Source: Chloroflexota bacterium (lineage in GTDB: Bacteria > Chloroflexota > Limnocylindria > Limnocylindrales > CSP1-4). Taken from it: 30,190 nt of DNA. The position numbers were made by a program, and so were the translations under genes. The stretch lies in the NCBI GenBank assembly GCA_037140135.1, contig JBAXFC010000001.1, positions 1 through 30,190 of the forward strand, in the 5' to 3' direction. Positions 16,168 to 26,810 of the stretch are shown piece after piece. Every line of letters starts with the position of its first letter. Position 1 is the first letter of the stretch. The notes under the pieces were generated by a model. The model was not told the DNA's origin. It saw nothing but the letters and a program-made list of their open reading frames with translations, and ran no database searches.

Positions 16168-16839
16168 ATGTTCGTGCTCGTCGTGGGCGGCGGCAAGGTC
16201 GGGTACTACCTGACCAAGGAGCTCATCGCCTCGGGCCACGAGGTGGCTCTCATGGAGAAGGACCGCCGGCGCGCGGAGACGATCGCCGACGAGATCGGCT
16301 CGGTCGTCATCCCGCAGGACGGCTGCGAAGGCAAGTACCTGCAGGAGGCCGGTGCCAACCGGGCCGAGATCGTGGCCGCGGTCACCGGTGATGACGAGGA
16401 CAACCTCGTCATCTGCCAGATGGCCAAGCACCACTTCGCCGTTCGCCGGACCATCGCCCGCGTCAACAACCCCAAGAACGAGGCGCTGTTCCGGCACCTC
16501 GGCGTGGACGAGATCATCAGCCCCACCCGGATGATCCTGGGCTCCATCGAGCAGGACATCCCGGTCCACGAGCTGCTCCACCTCGCCGCGCTCGGCGTGG
16601 GCGAGCTCGAGATCATCGAGGCGCACCTGCAGGTCGGGTCCCCGGCCATCGGCCGCCTGGCGGTGGACCTGTCGATGCCGCAGGGCTGCTCCCTGTTCGG
16701 CATCATCCGGAACGGGACGCCCACGCCGCTGCGCGGGGACACGGTCTTCGCGGCGGGCGACAAGGTGATCGCGATCGGGCGACCGGACTGCGAGGCGCAG
16801 ATCCGCGGGCAGCTCATCGGGGAGCACGTCGAGGTCTAG
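16168..16839 (+). CDS. trkA: TrkA-family potassium uptake regulatory protein (RCK_N + RCK_C)
   Basis: VVGGGKVG, AVTGDDEDN, ARVNNPKN, C-terminal IIRNG...GDKV; SD GGAGGAG. Confidence 0.92.
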   Translation: MFVLVVGGGKVGYYLTKELIASGHEVALMEKDRRRAETIADEIGSVVIPQDGCEGKYLQEAGANRAEIVAAVTGDDEDNLVICQMAKHHFAVRRTIARVNNPKNEALFRHLGVDEIISPTRMILGSIEQDIPVHELLHLAALGVGELEIIEAHLQVGSPAIGRLAVDLSMPQGCSLFGIIRNGTPTPLRGDTVFAAGDKVIAIGRPDCEAQIRGQLIGEHVEV

Positions 16840-17152
16840 AGGCTCCCGGGCCCGGTCGGGCCTGGCCGGTCGGCCTGGTCGGTCGGCCCCGCGCGTTCCC
16901 GCCCAGCGGGACCACGAGCGCGCGGTGGAACGGTACGCCCGCCCGGCGAGACGCCTGTCACGTGGGCAGGTCTTCGGCGCGATGGTTCGACCGCATTGCG
17001 GGAATCCGGCGCACGGTGGAACCGTAGACCCGGAGGGCGGGGACGGGGCCAAGATCCAACACGCCACCGCGCGCGAACAGTCTCCGGGGAACGCGCGCAC
17101 CACCCCGGGGAGCACGCGCACCCACATCTCAATCGTTGTTATGAGTACTTAT

Positions 17153-17173
17153 CTTGACAACACCATTGTCAGG
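17153..17173. promoter_or_regulatory. HAIR-like operator (probable HspR site)
   Basis: CTTGACA-N7-TGTCAGG, same 7-7-7 geometry as HAIR (CTTGAGT-N7-ACTCAAG), overlapping the -35. Confidence 0.6.
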
Positions 17174-17183
17174 GTTCTACCTT
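17154..17183 (+). promoter_or_regulatory. sigma70 promoter of the hspR operon
   Basis: TTGACA-N18-TACCTT in an AT-rich patch. Confidence 0.7.
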
Positions 17184-17281
17184 CCGCAGTGTCCGACGGA
17201 CGGCCAACCCGGGTCGTCGGCGACCAACCTTTCCACCCTGCCGGCACACAGGCCGCCGGCCTTCGTCGGAGGATCGATGCG

Positions 17282-17482
17282 ATGACGCTGACCCGTCGCC
17301 CGTCGCCCTCTGGCGAGTCGGCCTGGAGCGGGCCCGGGCATCACGCCCGACTGCCGCTCGACGGGCGCGGCCCGGTCAAGCGGACCGTGACCCTGACCTT
17401 GGGGCTCGAGACCGGAACCGGAACCGACACCCGCCCGCAGGCCACCCGGCCTGCGGCAGATCACAACCCGGACAACAGCTGA
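17282..17482 (+). CDS. Candidate 66-aa small protein, first ORF of the hspR operon
   Basis: SD GGAGGA 8 nt upstream of ATG; GC-rich third positions; stop 1 nt before the hspR ATG. Confidence 0.4.
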   Translation: MTLTRRPSPSGESAWSGPGHHARLPLDGRGPVKRTVTLTLGLETGTGTDTRPQATRPAADHNPDNS

Positions 17483-17483
17483 C

Positions 17484-17885
17484 ATGGCGGCTTCGCGCCG
17501 GCTCGGGCCGGACCCCACTCGCCCGGTCTACGTCATCAGCGTGGCTGCGACCCTCGTCTCGGCCCACCCGAGGACGCTCCGGATCTACGAGGACGAGGGC
17601 CTGGTCTGCCCGGCTCGCACCCCTACCAACATCAGGCTCTATTCAGAGGAGGACATCCGGAGGATTCTCTGGATCCGCCACCTCACCCGGGACCGCGGCG
17701 TCAACCTCGCCGGGGTCCGCATCCTGTTCGAGCTCGAGGAGCGCCTCGGCAAGAGGATCCTCGAGGCGCTCTATGACGAAGGGACCCGTGACGGGGCTCC
17801 GGAGGCGTCGGGCGGCCGGGGGGCCGCTCGCGCAGCCGCCCCACCGGGTCCCGGACCGGACGACGGTTCGCAACGGACCACGTGA
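17484..17885 (+). CDS. hspR: MerR-family heat-shock repressor, HspR-like
   Basis: PVYVISVAATLVSAHPRTLRIYEDEGLV.PART..NIRLYSEEDI...GVNLAGV. Confidence 0.85.
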   Translation: MAASRRLGPDPTRPVYVISVAATLVSAHPRTLRIYEDEGLVCPARTPTNIRLYSEEDIRRILWIRHLTRDRGVNLAGVRILFELEERLGKRILEALYDEGTRDGAPEASGGRGAARAAAPPGPGPDDGSQRTT

Positions 17886-17976
17886 TCACAGCGTCCCCCC
17901 ACCACACCCAGTCCTTGAACCCCGACCCGAACCGTTCAGCCGGCCCGACCGCCGGCGCCATCTAGGAGAAACCCCA

Positions 17977-20451
<2,475 letters not shown>

Positions 20452-20476
20452 GCGAGACTCCGGGGGAACGGGTCCG

Positions 20477-21577
20477 ATGGAATACCGCGACTACTACCAG
20501 ATCCTGGGTGTCTCGAGATCGGCTGGCCAGGCCGACATCAAGAAGGCATTCCGGAAGCTGGCCCGCGAGCTCCACCCGGACCGGAACCCCGGCGACCAGG
20601 CGGCCGAGCGCAAGTTCAAGGACGTCAACGAGGCCAACGAGGTCCTCTCCGACCCGGAGAAGCGCAAGCAGTACGACATGCTGGGCGCCAACTGGGACCA
20701 GTACCAGCGCGGCGGCGGCGGCCGGCCGGGTGCCGACCCGTTCGGGCCCGGTGGGCCGTTCGCGGGCTTCGGCTTCGGCGGCGGGGGCGCAGGCGGTGCC
20801 GGTGGTCCCGGCGTGCGCTACGAGTTCCGCCAGGCCGGCGGTGAAGGGGCGGGCTTCTCCGACTTCTTCCGGATGTTCTTCTCGGGCGCGGGCGGAGCTG
20901 CAGGGCAGGGAGCAGGCGCCGGTGCCAGTGGCGGCAACAGCCGCACGGGCACCCGGACCCGTGGTGGAACCACCTTCGCCGACATCCTCTCGGGCATGGG
21001 CGGCGCGGGCGGCACCACGGGCGGAACGGCCGGGCCTGCGGCCACCCGCGAGCACGGCAAGGCCGCCAAGGGCGAGATCGAGGCCCCGGCCGAGCTGACG
21101 CTCGAGGAGGCCTTCCACGGCACCAGCCGCCTGGTCGAGCTGGAGGGCAAGCGCTACGAGGTGCGTATCCCGCGCGGCGCCGACACCGGATCCCGCATCC
21201 GCCTCTCCGGCAAGGGCCCCCACGGCCGCGACCTCGTGGTCACGGTCAAGGTCGCGCCGCACGCGGTCTACACCCGCAGGGGCGCGGACCTCGAGCGCGA
21301 GCTCCCGGTGACCCTGCGCGAAGCCCTCCTCGGTGGTGAGGTCCCGGTGACCACGCTCAAGGGCAGGGTCCTGCTCACGATCCCGGCCGGCACGCAGACC
21401 GGCAAGACGATCCGGCTCAAGGGCCAGGGGATGCCCAGGCTTTCCGACGAGGGGGCGGGCGACCTCTACGCCAAGGTCAAGGTCGTCCTGCCCTCGGCTC
21501 TCGACGAAGGGGCGCGCGACGCCGCCACAACCTTCCTCGACCTCGTCGCCCAGCCCGATCCCCGCGCGGCCGGCTGA
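20477..21577 (+). CDS. dnaJ: Class B J-domain chaperone (DnaJ/CbpA-like, no zinc finger)
   Basis: [13 protein letters not shown] motif, long G/F region, C-terminal EALLGG.V.V.TL..G and LKGQGMP; no CXXCXGXG repeats. Confidence 0.9.
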   Translation: MEYRDYYQILGVSRSAGQADIKKAFRKLARELHPDRNPGDQAAERKFKDVNEANEVLSDPEKRKQYDMLGANWDQYQRGGGGRPGADPFGPGGPFAGFGFGGGGAGGAGGPGVRYEFRQAGGEGAGFSDFFRMFFSGAGGAAGQGAGAGASGGNSRTGTRTRGGTTFADILSGMGGAGGTTGGTAGPAATREHGKAAKGEIEAPAELTLEEAFHGTSRLVELEGKRYEVRIPRGADTGSRIRLSGKGPHGRDLVVTVKVAPHAVYTRRGADLERELPVTLREALLGGEVPVTTLKGRVLLTIPAGTQTGKTIRLKGQGMPRLSDEGAGDLYAKVKVVLPSALDEGARDAATTFLDLVAQPDPRAAG

Positions 21578-21598
21578 GCGCCCGTACGCAGCTCCCAA

Positions 21599-21639
21599 CC
21601 CACAGCCGGACCCCACAGCCGGACACCACCAGCCAGGAC
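21599..21639 (+). repeat. 13-nt tandem repeat (2 perfect + 1 degenerate) just upstream of clpB
   Basis: cccacagccggac x2, then ccaccagccaggac. Confidence 0.7.
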
Positions 21640-21650
21640 TGACCCGAACC

Positions 21651-24431
21651 ATGCAGCTCGACCGCTTCACCGAGAAGGCCCAGGAGGCCATCGTCACGGC
21701 CCAGTCGCTCGCGGAGCGCATGCAGAGCCCCGTGATCGATGCGGAGCACCTGCTCGCCGCGCTCGTGGAGCCGGACGACGGCATCCCCGCCGAGACGCTC
21801 CGGCGCCTGGGCGTGGACCTGGCCGCCTTCCGCGGCGAGCTGGCCGCGATCCTGACCCGGCGCGCCCGCATCTCGGGGGGCAATCTCGGCCTCGATCCGC
21901 GTGCCAAGCGGATCATCGACAAGGCCCAGGAGGAGGCGCGTCGCATGGGCGACGAGTACACCTCCACGGAGCATCTCCTCCTCGGCGCGGCCGATGCCGG
22001 CGGCGAGGTCCAGGCGCTCCTCGAGCGGCACCGCGCGGGCCGGGAGCAGATCCTGGGCGCCCTCCAGGGCGTCCGCGGCAACCAGCGCGTGACCACCGCC
22101 AATCCCGAGGCCACCTACCAGGCGCTCGAGAAGTACGGTCGGGACCTGACCGCAGAGGCACGTGCCGGCAGGCTCGACCCGGTCATCGGGCGTGACGAGG
22201 AGATCCGGCGCGTCATCCAGGTCCTGTCCCGCCGCACCAAGAACAACCCGGTCCTGATCGGTGAGCCCGGTGTGGGCAAGACCGCCATCGCCGAGGGCCT
22301 CGCCCAGCGCATCGTGCGCGGCGATGTGCCGGAGACGCTCAAGGACAAGCGCGTCGTGAGCCTGGACCTGGGTGCGGTCATCGCCGGGGCCAAGTTCCGC
22401 GGCGAGTTCGAGGAGCGACTCAAGGCCGTCCTCAAGGACATCAAGGATGCCGAAGGGCGCGTCATCCTGTTCATCGACGAGCTGCACACGGTCGTCGGCG
22501 CGGGCGCCGCCGAGGGCGCCATGGACGCGAGCAACCTGCTCAAGCCGATGCTCGCGCGGGGCGAGCTGCACACCATCGGCGCCACCACCCTCGACGAGTA
22601 CCGCAAGCACATCGAGAAGGACGCCGCCCTCGAGCGGCGCTTCCAGCCGGTGCTCGTGGACCAGCCCTCGGTCGAGGAGACCATCTCGATCCTGCGCGGC
22701 CTCCGGGAGCGCTACGAGGTCCACCACGGCGTCCGGATCACGGACTCGGCCCTGGTCGCCGCCGCCACGCTGTCCAACCGCTACATCACCGAGCGCTTCC
22801 TGCCCGACAAGGCCATCGATCTCGTCGATGAGGCGGCGAGCCGCCTGCGGATGGAGATCGACTCCATGCCCGTGGAGCTCGACGAGCTCGAGCGCCGCCG
22901 CATCCAGCTCGAGATCGAGCGCGAGGCGCTGCGCAAGGAGACCGACGACGCCTCACGGGCCCGCCTCGAGGTGCTGGAGAAGGAGCTCGCGGAGCTGTCC
23001 GAGCAGGCGGGCGCCATGAAGCAGCGCTGGGAGGCGGAGAAGTCCGCCATCGGCGCGATGCGCGCCACCAAGTCCGAGATCGAGCAGCTGGCCGTCCGCA
23101 TCGAGCAGGCCGAGCGTGAGGCCGACTACGGCACCGCCGCCGAGCTCAAGTACGGCAAGTCCCGCGAGCTCGCCGACCGGCAGGCGCAGCAGGAGGCCGC
23201 CATCCGCGCCCTGCAGGGCCCGGGCGCGCTGCTCAAGGAGGAGGTCGGCGCCGACGACATCGCCGAGATCGTGGGCGCCTGGACCGGCATTCCCGTCACC
23301 CGCCTGATGGAGGGCGAGATGGAGAAGCTGGTCAAGATGGAAGAACGTTTGCACGACCGGGTCGTGGGGCAGGATGAGGCGATCGCCGCCGTGTCGGACG
23401 CCGTCCGCCGCGCGCGTGCAGGCCTCAAGGATCCGCGCAGGCCCATCGGCTCGTTCCTGTTCCTCGGACCCACGGGCGTCGGCAAGACCGAGCTCGCGCG
23501 GGCGCTGGCGCAGTTCCTGTTCGACGACGAGCAGGCGATGGTCCGCATCGACATGTCCGAGTACATGGAGAAGTTCGCGGTGTCGCGCCTGGTCGGCGCC
23601 CCTCCCGGCTACGTCGGCTACGAGGAGGGCGGCCAGCTCACGGAGGCCGTCCGGCGGCGGCCGTACCAGGTGATCCTGCTCGATGAGATCGAGAAGGCGC
23701 ACCCGGACGTGTTCAACGTGCTGCTCCAGGTCCTCGATGACGGCAGGCTGACCGATTCGCAGGGCCGGACGGTGGACTTCAAGAACTCCGTCGTGATCAT
23801 GACCTCCAACATCGGCAGCCAGCAGATCGCCGCATTCGCCGGGCGCCCCGGCGGCGAGGCCTACGAGTCGATGAAGCGGGGCGTGACCGATGCGCTGCGC
23901 AGCTCGTTCCGGCCGGAGTTCCTCAACCGGATCGACGAGGTCATCGTCTTCCACTCGCTCACCGATGCGGACCTCGCGGCGATCGTGGACCTCTTGCTCG
24001 TGGAGCTGCAGGCCCGGATCGCCGCCAACGACCTCACCCTCGAGGTGACACCGGCCGCCCGGCTGCTGATCACTCGCGACGGCACGGACCCGGCCTTCGG
24101 GGCGCGGCCGCTCAAGCGGACGATCCAGCGCCTGGTCGAGAACCCGTTCGCGCGGGCGCTCCTCTCGGGGACGTTCAAGCCGGGTGATGTCGTCGTGGCG
24201 GACGCGGACCCGATCGGCGGGACGCTGGTCTTCACGACCGCGTCCGAGACGGTCGTGGCAAACGCGGCAGAGCGCCGGGACGCTCGCGGCTCGTCGGAGA
24301 GCGAGAACGCGCCGGCCGTCCGAACCGGCGGTGGTGACGGGCGCCGGTCCGCGTTCGACCTGCCGCCGCTCGAGGAGTCCAAGCGCCCCAAGAGCGACGA
24401 CGACAACCGCGGGGGCGGCCTCGTCAACTAG
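21651..24431 (+). CDS. clpB: ATP-dependent disaggregase ClpB with C-terminal extension
   Basis: GEPGVGKT and GPTGVGKT Walker A motifs, coiled-coil middle domain, GYVGYEEGG pore loop, [10 protein letters not shown]. Confidence 0.97.
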   Translation: MQLDRFTEKAQEAIVTAQSLAERMQSPVIDAEHLLAALVEPDDGIPAETLRRLGVDLAAFRGELAAILTRRARISGGNLGLDPRAKRIIDKAQEEARRMGDEYTSTEHLLLGAADAGGEVQALLERHRAGREQILGALQGVRGNQRVTTANPEATYQALEKYGRDLTAEARAGRLDPVIGRDEEIRRVIQVLSRRTKNNPVLIGEPGVGKTAIAEGLAQRIVRGDVPETLKDKRVVSLDLGAVIAGAKFRGEFEERLKAVLKDIKDAEGRVILFIDELHTVVGAGAAEGAMDASNLLKPMLARGELHTIGATTLDEYRKHIEKDAALERRFQPVLVDQPSVEETISILRGLRERYEVHHGVRITDSALVAAATLSNRYITERFLPDKAIDLVDEAASRLRMEIDSMPVELDELERRRIQLEIEREALRKETDDASRARLEVLEKELAELSEQAGAMKQRWEAEKSAIGAMRATKSEIEQLAVRIEQAEREADYGTAAELKYGKSRELADRQAQQEAAIRALQGPGALLKEEVGADDIAEIVGAWTGIPVTRLMEGEMEKLVKMEERLHDRVVGQDEAIAAVSDAVRRARAGLKDPRRPIGSFLFLGPTGVGKTELARALAQFLFDDEQAMVRIDMSEYMEKFAVSRLVGAPPGYVGYEEGGQLTEAVRRRPYQVILLDEIEKAHPDVFNVLLQVLDDGRLTDSQGRTVDFKNSVVIMTSNIGSQQIAAFAGRPGGEAYESMKRGVTDALRSSFRPEFLNRIDEVIVFHSLTDADLAAIVDLLLVELQARIAANDLTLEVTPAARLLITRDGTDPAFGARPLKRTIQRLVENPFARALLSGTFKPGDVVVADADPIGGTLVFTTASETVVANAAERRDARGSSESENAPAVRTGGGDGRRSAFDLPPLEESKRPKSDDDNRGGGLVN

Positions 24432-24452
24432 CCTGGCCGGCGCCGGGCCAGG
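24432..24452 (+). terminator. Stem-loop immediately after the clpB stop
   Basis: CCTGGCC-ggcgccg-GGCCAGG; no U tract. Confidence 0.4.
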
Positions 24453-24461
24453 GGCGCGATA

Positions 24462-24640
24462 TCTGCCAGACAGTCAAAGGACGAGTGCTCGTCCGGTCGC
24501 GCACGGCTGATTGCCGCCAGTTCGGCGCCTGGTGACTGGCTGTCATCGATTCGCGGCGGAATCGGGTCCGGGACGGGGGTTCCGGGCAACCGGACCGGGT
24601 CAATCGGTGTCGAGCAGTCGTTCTCTGACCAGGTGGCAGA
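24462..24640 (+). ncRNA. Highly structured intergenic element (ncRNA candidate)
   Basis: Long imperfect terminal stem 24462-24491/24611-24640 enclosing further helices, including a GCAA-tetraloop hairpin; G-U pairs favour the + strand. Confidence 0.45.
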
Positions 24641-24678
24641 AGATGGGCGGCCGACGCCGGAGGGGGCGGGGGCGCTCG

Positions 24679-25293
24679 TCAGCGAGCGGCCGGATCGGGA
24701 CCCCGCGTCGGTCCTGGAGCTCCGACGAGCACGTCGTGGAAGTGCCGCCAGGCGCGGAAGCGGAGGGCGCGCCCGCCGAACGCCGCGCCGTAGAGCGTCC
24801 GCGCCATGATGAACCCCACGACGCCGAGGACGGCCCCGGCCGAGTTCAGGATCACGTCGTTGATGTCGATGGTCCAGGACGGCAACGCCAGGCTCGACAG
24901 GTTGAGGAGCAGTTGCAGGCCCTCGATGGCGAACCCGAACGCGATCCCGGCGCCCAGGAGCGCGGCGATCGACCAGCCCCGCGTGATGAACGGCAGGCCG
25001 ATGCCGAACGGGACGCCCATGAGGAGGTTGTAGACGACCTGGTCGCGGGACATGGCGTCGCCGCCCGGCAGGAAGAACGGGTGGAGCCCGACCTGGACCA
25101 GCCACGGGCCTGCATCGCGGGCAAGCGCCGGGTCAAAGCGGATCGGCAGCAGGGCGTAGTGGGCGACGCCGGCGAGGTACACCGCGAAGATCGCCCGGGC
25201 TGCGGTCATCCCAAGGTCACGGTCGCCGCGGAGGTGCAAGAGCGCGACGGCTGCCAGCAGGCCGACCAGGACCAGGGCCGTGTCGATGACCAT
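24679..25293 (-). CDS. VanZ family membrane protein
   Basis: YNLLMGVPFG, AIEGLQL, TIDINDVILNSAG motifs; several TM segments. Confidence 0.85.
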   Translation of the reverse strand: MVIDTALVLVGLLAAVALLHLRGDRDLGMTAARAIFAVYLAGVAHYALLPIRFDPALARDAGPWLVQVGLHPFFLPGGDAMSRDQVVYNLLMGVPFGIGLPFITRGWSIAALLGAGIAFGFAIEGLQLLLNLSSLALPSWTIDINDVILNSAGAVLGVVGFIMARTLYGAAFGGRALRFRAWRHFHDVLVGAPGPTRGPDPAAR

Positions 25294-25370
25294 CAATCCC
25301 CCTGACATGCGCCAGCCGTGGCCACCAATGATCCGCTGGATCGCCCCGAACGGGTGGTCCGCTTTCGGTA

Positions 25371-25410
25371 TTGTCCACCTCGTTTCATCTGGCTATTCTA
25401 GCCAGATGAA
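25371..25410 (+). promoter_or_regulatory. Leaderless sigma70 promoter and operator palindrome of the TA operon
   Basis: TTGTCC-N17-TATTCT with ATG 6 nt later; TTCATCTGGCTA-ttc-TAGCCAGATGAA perfect 12-bp inverted repeat (25384-25410). Confidence 0.8.
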
Positions 25411-25699
25411 CACCGCAACCATCACCGAGGCCAAGAACGGGCTGTCTGCGCTGATCGACCGGGTGCGGGCGGGCGAGACCATCGTGCTCCTGGATCGGGG
25501 TGTGCCAGTGGCACGGCTCGAGCCGGTGGCAACGCTCGACGACCCGGAGGGACGCCTGCGCCGTCTCGAGCGCATGGGTGTGATCCGGCGAGGATCGGGA
25601 GCCAACCTGCTGGATCTGCTGGAGATGCCACCTCCGTCAACGACCGACGGGAGCTCGATCACGCAAGTGCTCCTTGATGAGCGGACGGAAGGCCGATGA
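25406..25699 (+). CDS. Type II antitoxin, Phd/YefM family
   Basis: MNTATITEAKNGLSALIDRVRAGETIVLLDRGVPVARLEP. Confidence 0.92.
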   Translation: MNTATITEAKNGLSALIDRVRAGETIVLLDRGVPVARLEPVATLDDPEGRLRRLERMGVIRRGSGANLLDLLEMPPPSTTDGSSITQVLLDERTEGR

Positions 25700-26136
25700 G
25701 GTTCTGGGACGCCTCGGCGATTGTTCCGCTCCTGGTCGACGAGCCCACCAGCGCCGCGGTCCTGCGGACGCTCGCAGGCGATCCCGACATCGTTGCGTGG
25801 TGGGGCACCGAGACCGAGTGCGTCTCGGCGGTGGCGCGTCTCGAGCGCAAGGGCGTCCTGACGCCGGCAGCGACGAGTCGGGCGCTGCGCCAGCTCGACG
25901 CCTTCGCGTCCGTCTGGCAGGAGGTTGCCCCTGTGCCTGTCGTGCGTCGCACGGCGATCCGACTGCTCCGCGTCCACGCACTCCGCGCTGCCGATGCGCT
26001 CCAGCTGGCCGCCGCGGTCGTCGTCGGGGAGGATCATCCGGGCACGCTGCCGATCGTGACCCGCGACATCCGGCTCGCGCTGGCGGCGGAGCGAGAAGGC
26101 TTCCCGGTGGTGGATCCAGGTGCAGGAGCGACATGA
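25696..26136 (+). CDS. vapC: Type II toxin, VapC/PIN domain ribonuclease
   Basis: MRFWDASAIV, TETECVSA, LRAADALQLAAA, VTRD.RL; ATGA overlap with the antitoxin. Confidence 0.92.
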   Translation: MRFWDASAIVPLLVDEPTSAAVLRTLAGDPDIVAWWGTETECVSAVARLERKGVLTPAATSRALRQLDAFASVWQEVAPVPVVRRTAIRLLRVHALRAADALQLAAAVVVGEDHPGTLPIVTRDIRLALAAEREGFPVVDPGAGAT

Positions 26137-26699
26137 CCACCCTGCCGCGCCCCGGTGCTGCCGGGGCCTGTGACCTGCTCGTCGGACCGGGCGCGACGCC
26201 GGCCGAGGAGGCCGGCGCTTGGGCGTCGGCGTCGATCGGGGCGGTCGTCGGGGGTCTGCTGCCACGAACGGCGCGAGAGCGGGTGCTCGGCGCGGTGTTC
26301 GGGTTCGATGCGGGCGGCGGACTCTGGGTGAACGAGTCGTACGCGGGCAAGCAGTGGTACCGGCGGCCGGAGGCGCCCGCGGCGGAGGCACCGGTGTTCG
26401 CGGCGTTCCACGTGCATCCGTTCGTTGTAGAGGCCGTTGGTGGGCGGCGGGCATGGTGGCACGCGATTGCCGCGTGGGCGCTGCCGGTCGTGGGTTCGGC
26501 GATCGTGGCCGCAGCACCGGCGCCGGTCCGACGGCCAACGGCGCTCGTCGCAGCGTCGATCGCTGCCGTCATCGGGGCGCGGCTGGCCCCCTCCGGCTGG
26601 CGCTGGCTGCCACCGCTGCTCGCGTTCAAGCTGGTCGTGGGCCATGCCACCGACGATGGGCCGCTTGCTCGCGCACTCGGGGACCACGAGGCGGCCTGA
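26133..26699 (+). CDS. Hypothetical membrane protein, translationally coupled to vapC
   Basis: ATGA overlap, SD AGGAG; hydrophobic segments; FDAGGGLWVNE..KQWY and FHVHP motifs. Confidence 0.75.
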   Translation: MTTLPRPGAAGACDLLVGPGATPAEEAGAWASASIGAVVGGLLPRTARERVLGAVFGFDAGGGLWVNESYAGKQWYRRPEAPAAEAPVFAAFHVHPFVVEAVGGRRAWWHAIAAWALPVVGSAIVAAAPAPVRRPTALVAASIAAVIGARLAPSGWRWLPPLLAFKLVVGHATDDGPLARALGDHEAA

Positions 26700-26810
26700 G
26701 GCCGGGCCCAACCATCGACGGCCGTCGCACCCCCCGGTCGTGCCGTTGACGGCGGCCGTGGAGCGACCCGACGATCCCGTTGCGCGTCCCTGAGCGCTCG
26801 AGGTTCCCCG

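Noticed and set aside
16890-17122. CRISPR type I-E-like repeats (gttcccgcccagcggga; ccggggagcac)
   Set aside because: No three identical repeats at regular spacing, no spacers, and no cas genes in the window.
16925-17281. N-terminal part of ORF 16925-17482 as a real protein
   Set aside because: It runs through the promoter and operator with atypical codons; only the SD-preceded part from 17282 is retained as a candidate.
24462-24640. Integron attC site, retron msr-msd, or SRP RNA
   Set aside because: No RYYYAAC/GTTRRRY cores, no reverse transcriptase or integrase nearby, and no SRP helix-8 GGAA/AGCAG motif.
25674-26132. 341-aa ORF 25674-26699 as a single protein
   Set aside because: Its first half overlaps vapC in another frame; the SD and ATGA overlap support a start at 26133.
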